Source: Pseudomonadota bacterium
Lineage (GTDB): Bacteria > Pseudomonadota > Alphaproteobacteria > Rickettsiales > UBA1997
Direction of reading: 5' to 3'
NCBI GenBank assembly: GCA_040384945.1
Contig: JAZKII010000013.1
Span: 1-59,723 of the forward strand
DNA: 59,723 bases
The position numbers were made by a program, and so were the translations under genes. The notes beneath the pieces are model-generated. The model was not told the DNA's origin. It made no database searches and worked only from the letters and a program-made list of their open reading frames with translations. Below, piece after piece: positions 1-8,115 of the stretch; the stretch's first letter is position 1; each line of letters starts with the position of its first letter.

Positions 1-43
1 CTACTTTTTGGGGAAAAGTAGCCTGGCCCCTTTTTCTTATTAA

Positions 44-1852
44 TTAATTATTGTGGCACAATTCCTCATTTTCTTGAACAACCTGCTGAACTTCGGGATG
101 AATTACGCAAGATCTCGGTATTTTATTCCACTCTATTGTACTTAAAATCACTTCAACCTCATCCTTAAAATCCCACATATATTCATTTTCAAACAATTGA
201 GGCAATGATTTTTGCAACTCAAAGTAAGTGGCAATTTTAGCTGCCGTCCCTTCGTAATAATGTGGATAATTCTGTAGAATATTTGCTGACAATTGCTGAG
301 ATTTTTCTTCTCCTATTGATTCTAAAATTACTTCCCACGCGTCAGATCTTTTAGAACCACCTTTAAACACCTCTTGCAATCCCAGAGCCAGGCCTTTCGG
401 CAAAATATAATTATCATTGATTATGCTACTATCAAAAATTTCCAAACCCATGGCATCAGCTCCCAAAGCATCTTCTTGGCTATCTAAAATCGGAATGGCA
501 ATTTTATCGACAAAAATAGAATAAAGATTTTGATCACATTTTTCTGCAAATAAAAATTTTCCGACCGCAATTCCGGTGCTGGTTCCGAGATTAGATACAC
601 AACCATCTTTTAATATTTGTCCTACAGAACCGACATATCTATCAATTCCGCCTTCTTCCGAGAAAATCAATGCCAACTTGAATTTATTAGCGGCAAAAGA
701 TTTATATAATTTTAACTCATTTTCCTCACTCAGATTAACGGAAGGATCAATTATTTCCTTGATAAAACTTGAAACTTCCTGCGCATTTTGCTGAAGCATC
801 ATTCTTCCCAAATTTGCAATTTCCTCCATGTTTTCCTCACCGGCGGAAAAAAGCCCATCTTGAAAATTACTAAAACTCAATAATTCCCGGAATTTCAGGT
901 TAATACGGGCTTTTCTGCTTTCAAAATCCTCACCATCTCCGCGATCGACCAGCAATGCACCGCTATAACCGTCAAAATTAATTTGATAATCATCAATTCT
1001 GCCCACAAGATCCAAAACTTTTCTTGATTTGGATTTCAAATAATTTGCCAATATTTCAATCTGCGGCAAATCAATTGGAATCACCGAAGCCAGCTTGCGA
1101 TTTTCTCTTTTAGTTAAGAAAAGCGCATTATCTTGTGAACAAATTTCTCTCTTTATTTCAGATAACATTTCCGGCTTTAACAATTCTGTAAAAGAGGGAT
1201 TTAGAGGTCTAACTTCAAGCCTATTTTTGAAATCATAATAGAAAAAAAGCGAAGATAATGTTATTTGTGGTGGTATTTCATCCAACTTAAACATTATTTT
1301 TACCTGGGCCAAACCGCGTTCATCTAATGATTCTTGCAAAGAGTGTCGCGAAAGCAATGAGGACAAACAAACATCATAACCGGCTCTAGCATTCGCGATA
1401 TGAAGAATATCATCTTCTCTACCCTGAAAAGCCTCCCTAATTTTACCAACTTGCAAGGTTAAAATAACCTTCTCTTCATCATTTAAATTATGTACAAAAT
1501 CCTTGGTTATTTCTACCAATTTATTTGGATTAATATCGGATTTTTCTACAAATTTTAAAAAAAGTTTAGTTCTGGCACCTTCTTTAAAATATAATTCGCG
1601 GCATAAATCTGGTATTTTATCTATCGGCAATCCTAGTTTTTGATATCTAAGAACAATGCTTTCATCACGATTAAGTATGCCAAACATCTCTGGCATACTT
1701 TCTTTTACGGCATCTTTTGCGATTGTGAGAAAATTATCATATCTTTGCTCATCACTACTACCAGTGTTAATCCAGTCATCTGCTGTATCATTCCACTTTT
1801 TTCCGCATAATTCTGACAGAGTTTCTTTTAAAGCTTCGTATTGTGTTGGCAT
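44..1852 (-). CDS. hypothetical protein (602 aa, ORFan)
   Basis: Long uninterrupted ORF with ATG start and AT-rich codon usage like its neighbours. No family motif, signal peptide or TM segment recognised. Acidic; ends ...EELCHNN. Confidence 0.6.
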   Translation of the reverse strand: MPTQYEALKETLSELCGKKWNDTADDWINTGSSDEQRYDNFLTIAKDAVKESMPEMFGILNRDESIVLRYQKLGLPIDKIPDLCRELYFKEGARTKLFLKFVEKSDINPNKLVEITKDFVHNLNDEEKVILTLQVGKIREAFQGREDDILHIANARAGYDVCLSSLLSRHSLQESLDERGLAQVKIMFKLDEIPPQITLSSLFFYYDFKNRLEVRPLNPSFTELLKPEMLSEIKREICSQDNALFLTKRENRKLASVIPIDLPQIEILANYLKSKSRKVLDLVGRIDDYQINFDGYSGALLVDRGDGEDFESRKARINLKFRELLSFSNFQDGLFSAGEENMEEIANLGRMMLQQNAQEVSSFIKEIIDPSVNLSEENELKLYKSFAANKFKLALIFSEEGGIDRYVGSVGQILKDGCVSNLGTSTGIAVGKFLFAEKCDQNLYSIFVDKIAIPILDSQEDALGADAMGLEIFDSSIINDNYILPKGLALGLQEVFKGGSKRSDAWEVILESIGEEKSQQLSANILQNYPHYYEGTAAKIATYFELQKSLPQLFENEYMWDFKDEVEVILSTIEWNKIPRSCVIHPEVQQVVQENEELCHNN

Positions 1853-1884
1853 AGCCTAGTTTTAAAAAACCAAGCGAGGCTTAA

Positions 1885-3150
1885 TCAAGCCTGATTACTT
1901 AAAACCTCGCTAATTTTGTTAGTGATTTTTTCTGCAATATTATCCGAATTTCCAATCACCTTTAAAGCCTTTTCGGACATCACTTGAACCGCATTTTCAT
2001 TTTGCAGAAATTCTTTTACTTGTGCCGATAATTGCTCTTTTGAATCAATCATGACGCAAGCATTTTGCGCTTCGAGATTCTCGTAAATTTCTTTAAAATT
2101 AAAAACTTTCCGCCCTGAAATTACGGCACATCCGAGTTTGATTGCCTCAAATGGATTATGCCCGCCAATCTCAAGTAAAGAGCCGCCGATAAAAGTAAAT
2201 TTTGCCAAACGGTAAAAAATACCAAGTTCACCTAAAGTGTCGGCGAGATAGAATTCTGTAGCATTTTCAATGTTTTGTCCTTGGCTGCGCTGTGAAATAT
2301 TCGCTGATCCAATCAATGATTTAATTTCATCAGCGCGATTCGGATGACGTGGAACTAGAATAGTAAGAAGATCAGGGGAAGTTTTTTTCAACTCACTGTG
2401 CGAAAATAATACAGCTTCTTCCTCACCTTTATGAGTGCTGGCAGCAAGCCAGAATTTGCGCGAACCGATTTGTGATTTTATTTTTTCAAGTTCGATAGCA
2501 TTAAAATCAAGGTTACGCGCTTGGGATTTTAAATTTCCGTAAAATAAAACTTCATTTTTTGTCAATTGTTCCAGACGTTTTTTATCATCATTGGTTTGGG
2601 CGAAAATTATCGAAAAAGAATCGAAAATTTTAAAGCCAATCATTCGAGCAATTTTCCATTTTTTTGCTGATTTTTCTGACATTCTGGCATTAACCAAAAA
2701 TGTTTCTATTCCACGTCGATAAGCGCTGTTAATAAGGTTGGGCCAGATTTCTGATTCTACAAAAATCGCTGCTTTTGGTTGCCAGAAATCGAAGAAATTT
2801 TGCACACAGTAATAAGAATCAATTGGCAAAAATTGATGAATCACGCGACCATTAAAATTAGGAATTTTAGATCCGATTATTGAGGCAGAAGTGAGTGTTG
2901 TTGTGGTAAAAAGAACTGTCGCCTGTGGAAATTTTTCAAGTAAATCATCCACCAAAACCAAAGAGGAATTTGCTTCACCAACACTAACGGCGTGAAGCCA
3001 GATTACATCACCTTCGGGACGGATTTGTTTGGTTTTTCCGAAACGCTCTCTCAAACGCGATTTATCTTCTTTTTTCTTGATAACGCGATAGATGAGATAG
3101 AGTTCAAGAACCGGAAAAAGCAGAACTGAAAAAATACGATAAAGAAACAT
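1885..3150 (-). CDS. waaA: 3-deoxy-D-manno-octulosonic acid (Kdo) transferase
   Basis: 421 aa. N-terminal membrane anchor followed by the ...VIWLHAVSVGEANSS... motif typical of KdtA/WaaA. Full length for the family. Confidence 0.85.
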   Translation of the reverse strand: MFLYRIFSVLLFPVLELYLIYRVIKKKEDKSRLRERFGKTKQIRPEGDVIWLHAVSVGEANSSLVLVDDLLEKFPQATVLFTTTTLTSASIIGSKIPNFNGRVIHQFLPIDSYYCVQNFFDFWQPKAAIFVESEIWPNLINSAYRRGIETFLVNARMSEKSAKKWKIARMIGFKIFDSFSIIFAQTNDDKKRLEQLTKNEVLFYGNLKSQARNLDFNAIELEKIKSQIGSRKFWLAASTHKGEEEAVLFSHSELKKTSPDLLTILVPRHPNRADEIKSLIGSANISQRSQGQNIENATEFYLADTLGELGIFYRLAKFTFIGGSLLEIGGHNPFEAIKLGCAVISGRKVFNFKEIYENLEAQNACVMIDSKEQLSAQVKEFLQNENAVQVMSEKALKVIGNSDNIAEKITNKISEVLSNQA

Positions 3151-3188
3151 TTGTAACGAATTAAATTTATAGAAAAATTGCGATTCTC

Positions 3189-3249
3189 AGGTCATCGAGC
3201 AAAGCACGTTAGTGCTTTGCTCGATGACCTAAATTATTTTCTTTGCGAC
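3189..3249. repeat. family-2 palindromic repeat, simple form (perfect 19-bp stem AGGTCATCGAGCAAAGCAC / loop GTTA) plus conserved flank AAATTATTTTCTTTGCGAC
   Basis: Perfect hairpin at 3189..3230. The arms and right flank recur at 4478..4593, and the left arm recurs at 59680..59723. Intergenic between the ubiH-like stop and the waaA start. Confidence 0.85.
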
Positions 3250-3269
3250 AAAAATAAAATAATATCCTC

Positions 3270-4451
3270 TTAAAACCCACCGGCACTTTTAATAAAAAAG
3301 CTTTTTAACTTAGTAAATTTATTTACCAATCCCAATCCCAAGTCACGCGCCACGCCTATTGACAGGCTTTTAGTTTCAAACAAAGAATTTAAAATATCAG
3401 TCGCAACCAACATTTTTTTAGCTTCGAATTTGGCTTTTTTATTGTAACCGTTAATCAAGCTTGGACTGGAAATATCAAAGCCACAAAGCAGGTTATTTTT
3501 TATTAATTCACAAAGAATATTAATTCCGGAAATTGCCAGATTAAATCCCTGTCCCGCAATTGGATGCACGCCGCATGAAGCGTCGCCGATCAAAAGCATT
3601 TTTTCGTGATAGAATTTTTCCGCTTCAATTAAAGTTAGCGGATAAGAAAATTTATCAGAAACCAAATGAGTTTTTCCTAAAGAATTTTCCATTTTTTTGG
3701 TTAATTGCTGGATAAAATTTTCTTCATCTAAACTTAAAATTGCTTGTGCCAACTGATCCGGCGCGATCCAAACAATTGAAGATTGATGCGGATTTTTCAG
3801 CGGCAAAATTGCCAGCGGACCGCCGGGAAGAAATTTTTCATAAGCAATATTTTCATGAGGTTTTTCATGTTCAATATTGAAAACTATTGCGGTTTGGAAA
3901 TATTTTTTTTGTGTCGTGTTGATTTGATAAAGCTCACGAAGCCTTGAAAATCGGCCATCGCAAGCAAGTAATAATTTTGAATGCAGAATTTTTCCATCAT
4001 CAAGTTTTACACTAACCAAATCACCAAACTTAATTTCTTCATAAGAATTAGGAGAAAAAACTGTGATATTTTCACGCTTTAAAACTTGATCACGCAGCGC
4101 ATTATGAATGTGATAATTTTCAATAATCATACCCAGCTGGCCTTCTGCGGCATCGACCTCGCGCCCAATGAAATCAAGGATAAAAGATGATTTATAGTCG
4201 GTGATTTTTATATCAGAAATTTTTCCACCATGCGGCGCAACTTCATCATAAATTCCGATTTCTTTGAATAATTTTAATGAAGCTGCGGAAATTGCATAAG
4301 CGCGACCATCGCGTTTTCTGTCTTGGGTTAAAATATCTAATTTTTCAACAATGGCGATTTTCAAATTTGGCGAAACATTACTTAATGCAAGCGCTGTAGT
4401 CATGCCAGCAAATGATCCGCCAATGATTGTGATGTCGAAATTTTGTAGCAT
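3270..4451 (-). CDS. UbiH/UbiF/VisC/Coq6-family FAD-dependent ubiquinone-biosynthesis hydroxylase
   Basis: 393 aa. N-terminal dinucleotide fold ITIIGGSFAGMTTALAL, plus DGRFSRLRE and GDASCGVHPIAGQGFNL motifs of this flavin monooxygenase family. Confidence 0.8.
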   Translation of the reverse strand: MLQNFDITIIGGSFAGMTTALALSNVSPNLKIAIVEKLDILTQDRKRDGRAYAISAASLKLFKEIGIYDEVAPHGGKISDIKITDYKSSFILDFIGREVDAAEGQLGMIIENYHIHNALRDQVLKRENITVFSPNSYEEIKFGDLVSVKLDDGKILHSKLLLACDGRFSRLRELYQINTTQKKYFQTAIVFNIEHEKPHENIAYEKFLPGGPLAILPLKNPHQSSIVWIAPDQLAQAILSLDEENFIQQLTKKMENSLGKTHLVSDKFSYPLTLIEAEKFYHEKMLLIGDASCGVHPIAGQGFNLAISGINILCELIKNNLLCGFDISSPSLINGYNKKAKFEAKKMLVATDILNSLFETKSLSIGVARDLGLGLVNKFTKLKSFFIKSAGGF

Positions 4452-4477
4452 TAAATTTTTAAAAAATTTTGTTTTTT

Positions 4478-4593
4478 AGGTCGTCGAGCAAAGCACGAAG
4501 TGCGTCGTCGAGACGCTAGCGTGATGATCCAGCTAGCGTCTCGACGACGGCCTAAAGGCCTTTGCTCGACGACCTAAAATTTTTCTTTGCGAC
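4478..4593. repeat. family-2 palindromic repeat, compound nested form
   Basis: Outer arms AGGTCGTCGAGCAAAG...CTTTGCTCGACGACCT enclose three inner elements: hairpin GCAC-GAA-GTGC, a 17-bp stem GTCGTCGAGACGCTAGC/GCTAGCGTCTCGACGAC, and hairpin GGCC-TAAA-GGCC. The conserved flank AAAATTTTTCTTTGCGAC follows. Intergenic between the fumC stop and the ubiH-like start. Confidence 0.85.
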
Positions 4594-4603
4594 TGCTGAA
4601 AAA

Positions 4604-6154
4604 CTAAATCATATTTTTCGGATCAACCCATTGATCGAATTGTTCCGATGTAACAAGGCCGGAAGCTAGAGCAGCAGCCTTTAAAGTCGTGCCTTCTTTA
4701 TGGGCTTTTTTAGCAATTTTAGCCGCATTATCATAACCGATATAAGGATTTAACGCCGTTACCAACATCAAAGACTGATCCAATAATTGCGTAATGCGTT
4801 CGCGATTAGCTTCGATTCCAACTAAACATTGATCGATGAAACTGTTAATTCCATCCGACAAAAGATTAATCGATTCCATGATATTTCTGATAATCATTGG
4901 ACGAAAAACATTTAGTTCGAAATGTCCATTAGAACCCCCAACCGTAACAGCCACATGATTTCCCATAATTTGGCACGCAATCATTGTTAAAGCTTCGCAT
5001 TGCGTTGGATTTACTTTTCCCGGCATGATTGAAGAACCAGGTTCATTTTCCGGAAGTGAAATTTCACCGAGTCCGGAACGTGGACCGGAAGCTAAAAAGC
5101 GAATATCATTAGCGATTTTCATGCAGGAAGTGGCGAGAGAATTTAATGAACCGGAGAAATTCACCAATTCATCATTACAGGCCAAAGCGAAAAATTTATT
5201 TTTGCTGGTGACGAAGCTGTCAGCCTGGTTCAGACCTAGTTTTGCAAGGTTAGAATCTTTTACTTTCCAAACTCCATCTGCCAAAGTTGTGCGGCCTAAA
5301 TCAAGGTTTAAAAGTTTTTGATGTAACTCTTTTAAACCGGAAACTTCGGTAATTTTTTTAGCAAAATTTTCTGCAAATTTTGGATGACAATTTAATCCCG
5401 TACCAACTGCCGTACCACCTTGCGCTAAATGAGAGACATAAGAAATTGATTGAGAAATGAAAACTGCCGCAGTTTGAATTTGCACTTTATAGGCCGAAAA
5501 TTCTTGTCCTAAAGTTACTGGCGTTGCGTCTTGCGTGTGGGTGCGGCCGATTTTGATTATATCATTAAACTCAGCTTCTTTTTTGCCTAATTCATTAGAA
5601 AATCTAACCAGAGTCGGAAGCAATTTCTCATACGTTGTAAGTACAGCCGCAACATGCATTGCAGTTGGGAAAGTGTCGTTAGAACTTTGTCCCAAATTCA
5701 CATGATCATTGGGATGAACCGGAGATTTTCCGCCTTTTTGGCCTGATACTTTTTCATTAGCAACTGAAGCAATAACTTCGTTAGTATTCATGTTGGTTTG
5801 AGTACCGGAGCCGGTTTGCCAAACCACTAATGGAAAATGGTTTTCGTAAAACCAATCAAATTTTGCTAAAATTATATCAACAGCATCAACAATTTTATCT
5901 GCTAAATCGGGAGAGAATTTTTTGAATTCATCAGATTTTGGATCAGCCGCCATTAAATCTTTATTGGTAAGCGCTGCCGCTTTTTTTACTAACAACATCG
6001 CTTTCACAACTTCCTTGGGCATTTTATGGCCCGGATTATCATTGCAGATTGGAAAGTTTTGTACGGAGCGCTGAGTTTGCGCGGCGTAATATGCTTGTGC
6101 CGGAACTTTGATTTCACCGAAAGAATCGGATTCGATGCGGAAATTTTCTGTCAT
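4604..6154 (-). CDS. fumC: fumarate hydratase, class II
   Basis: 516 aa. Signature [15 protein letters not shown], plus [12 protein letters not shown] and HPNDHVN. Collinear with E. coli FumC as I recall it, except for extra in-frame segments. Confidence 0.95.
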   Translation of the reverse strand: MTENFRIESDSFGEIKVPAQAYYAAQTQRSVQNFPICNDNPGHKMPKEVVKAMLLVKKAAALTNKDLMAADPKSDEFKKFSPDLADKIVDAVDIILAKFDWFYENHFPLVVWQTGSGTQTNMNTNEVIASVANEKVSGQKGGKSPVHPNDHVNLGQSSNDTFPTAMHVAAVLTTYEKLLPTLVRFSNELGKKEAEFNDIIKIGRTHTQDATPVTLGQEFSAYKVQIQTAAVFISQSISYVSHLAQGGTAVGTGLNCHPKFAENFAKKITEVSGLKELHQKLLNLDLGRTTLADGVWKVKDSNLAKLGLNQADSFVTSKNKFFALACNDELVNFSGSLNSLATSCMKIANDIRFLASGPRSGLGEISLPENEPGSSIMPGKVNPTQCEALTMIACQIMGNHVAVTVGGSNGHFELNVFRPMIIRNIMESINLLSDGINSFIDQCLVGIEANRERITQLLDQSLMLVTALNPYIGYDNAAKIAKKAHKEGTTLKAAALASGLVTSEQFDQWVDPKNMI

Positions 6155-6170
6155 GATTTTATAAATTTAG

Positions 6171-7016
6171 TTAAGAAATACTGATTTTAATAAACTCTTC
6201 AACATCAAGGCTAGCTTTGCCCACAAGCAATCCGCTAACACCTTCAATTTCTAAAATTTCTTTGGCATTTTGCGATGTTACTGAGCCGCCATAAAGCATA
6301 AAAAATTCTTTGGCGCGGCTGCTAAGTTTTTCATTAAAAATTTTACCAAGTAATTTTGCCATTTCGGCGATCTGCGCTACTGTTGGAGTTTGGCCAGTTC
6401 CAATTGACCAAATTGGTTCATAAGCAATTACCAGTTTGGTGAAATTTGCTTCTTCCGGAATTGAAGTTTTGATTTGCTTATAAACAAATTCTAAATGTTT
6501 TCCTTCATCTCTGGTTTCTTTGCTTTCGCCAACACAAATGATTGGTGTCAGGCTTTGACTCAAAGCTGCTTGTACTTTTTTTGCGACAATTTCGCTGCTT
6601 TCAAAATGAGTTTCGCGACGTTCGGAATGGCCGATAATAACATATTCACAACCAACTTTTTTTAACATTGTCGCGCTGATATCGCCGGTAAATGAACCTG
6701 CTAATTCATAATGACAATCTTGCCCACCAAGTTTGATTGGGCGCTGTTCCAACATGATTGCACTTAATTCTTCGGCAGAAAAATCTTCCACTTTTTTATG
6801 ATCGCGTTTCATGATATCTTCAAGGTCATCGAAAGAATCATCCATCAATTCGCTATCAATATAATCAAGCAAAAAAGCGGGCGGACAAAGCACCATTTCC
6901 ACTTTTTGCAACTCGTCATATTTAGCAGAATAATTTTTAAAAAAACCGTCCATCCAGGCATCAGCTTCGTCGAAAGCGTGATTCATTTTCCAGTTGGCAG
7001 CGATGATTTTTTTCAT
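6171..7016 (-). CDS. tpiA: triosephosphate isomerase
   Basis: 281 aa. AANWKMN, IIGHSERR and AYEPIWSIGTG motifs. About 32 extra acidic residues between strands beta2 and beta3. Confidence 0.9.
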   Translation of the reverse strand: MKKIIAANWKMNHAFDEADAWMDGFFKNYSAKYDELQKVEMVLCPPAFLLDYIDSELMDDSFDDLEDIMKRDHKKVEDFSAEELSAIMLEQRPIKLGGQDCHYELAGSFTGDISATMLKKVGCEYVIIGHSERRETHFESSEIVAKKVQAALSQSLTPIICVGESKETRDEGKHLEFVYKQIKTSIPEEANFTKLVIAYEPIWSIGTGQTPTVAQIAEMAKLLGKIFNEKLSSRAKEFFMLYGGSVTSQNAKEILEIEGVSGLLVGKASLDVEEFIKISIS

Positions 7017-7027
7017 GATTTTAATTT

Positions 7028-8065
7028 TTAGAAATTAAGAATTAACTGCTCAAGCTCTTTTCCGAAGAGCTGATAACGCCATCCGCTGGCGATTTTGTCA
7101 AAAAGTTTTTTATCGCAAACTGCTTTTTTTAAATCAGAAGCGGTGATCAAAAATTGTTCTTGGAATTTTTCACGACTCGCAATTCCAGCAATAAAATTTT
7201 TAGCTTCAGCGTAACAAAGTTTTTGCGATTCACGCATGGCAAAAGTTTTTTCTTCTTTCTTTGGTTTATCCAGCACTTCTTCATTTTCATCAAGAATTTT
7301 TTGCGCTTCTGCTTTCATTTCTGCCGTAAAACTTGAAGGAAATTTCTGCGCCATTAGGATTTTCTCAATTGCTTCATCTTTTATAAAATGTTGGCGCGGA
7401 ACATCCTTTTTCTTGGCCCAACCTTCGCGCCAGGAAATTAAAGCTTTAATTTGAGCAATCTGTTTTTCGTTTTTACCACGGAAAGAATAATCGCGACTCA
7501 AACTTTCATCCGATTTAAAAAGGCTTTTATTGATGAAACTTTCCATTTCTTCCAAAAGCCATTCGAAACGGTTTTTTGATTTTAAAACTGTGCAAAGTTC
7601 ATCGTAAATTTCTTCTAAAAAAAGCACATCTAAAAGCGCATATTCAATTTGTTTGGCGCTAAGCGGTCGTAGTTGCCAATCGCTTCTTTGTTGATCTTTA
7701 TCAAGTTGCCAATCGCATATTTTATCAACCAAAGGCGAATAGCCGATATTAAAACCATAACCACAAAAATTGGCCATTAATTGTGTGTCAATAATACCTT
7801 GCGGTAGCAAGCCAGATTTGTGGTGAAAAATCTGCAAATCCTGAGTGCAGGAATGCAAAATTTTTATGATTTTTGGGTCAGCAATAACTGCAAATAACTC
7901 GGTTAAATCAATATCGGTCATGCAATCGACGATAAAAGATTCCTTTTTTTTGGGAGAGGTTTTTACGGCGACTTGTATGATTGACAAAATCGGATAATAA
8001 GTTGTTTGGCGCGTGAATTCAGTATCCAGCGCTGCAACTCCTGCTGTCTTAATCAGGCCAACCAT
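7028..8065 (-). CDS. rnd: ribonuclease D (DEDD 3'-5' exonuclease)
   Basis: 345 aa. Exonuclease motifs ALDTEF, HSCTQDLQIF and YALLDVLFL, followed by an HRDC-like region. Confidence 0.8.
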   Translation of the reverse strand: MVGLIKTAGVAALDTEFTRQTTYYPILSIIQVAVKTSPKKKESFIVDCMTDIDLTELFAVIADPKIIKILHSCTQDLQIFHHKSGLLPQGIIDTQLMANFCGYGFNIGYSPLVDKICDWQLDKDQQRSDWQLRPLSAKQIEYALLDVLFLEEIYDELCTVLKSKNRFEWLLEEMESFINKSLFKSDESLSRDYSFRGKNEKQIAQIKALISWREGWAKKKDVPRQHFIKDEAIEKILMAQKFPSSFTAEMKAEAQKILDENEEVLDKPKKEEKTFAMRESQKLCYAEAKNFIAGIASREKFQEQFLITASDLKKAVCDKKLFDKIASGWRYQLFGKELEQLILNF

Positions 8066-8115
8066 ACGGTTTAATTCTGCCTGAGAATTGATGTAAAAAT
8101 TTTCCTGACTAATGA

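Noticed and set aside
1-21. Hairpin CTACTTTT-TGGGG-AAAAGTAG at the window start as a terminator for the 602-aa gene
   Set aside because: It is an 8-bp AT-rich stem at the very edge of the window without a clear U-tract in the relevant orientation. The context is insufficient to call it.
44-58. C-terminal CHNN of the 602-aa ORFan as a second CaaX box
   Set aside because: His-Asn are not aliphatic, so the motif does not fit the farnesyl/geranylgeranyl transferase consensus. One extra Cys at -4 among ~50 proteins is within chance expectation.
5025-5321. Antisense and shadow ORFs listed in the track inside fumC and other long genes (for example 576..794, 8543..8803, 13079..13441, 27077..27454, 35620..35979, 54881..55150)
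   Set aside because: All are embedded opposite or out of frame within genes that have strong family signatures. They have low-complexity or hydrophobic-junk translations and no independent start context.
6821-6840. 10-nt match AGGTCATCGA in the tpiA insertion to the family-2 repeat arm
   Set aside because: The match does not extend (…AAAG vs …GCAAAG), has no inverted partner nearby, and a single 10-mer hit in ~120 kb of two-strand sequence is not significant.
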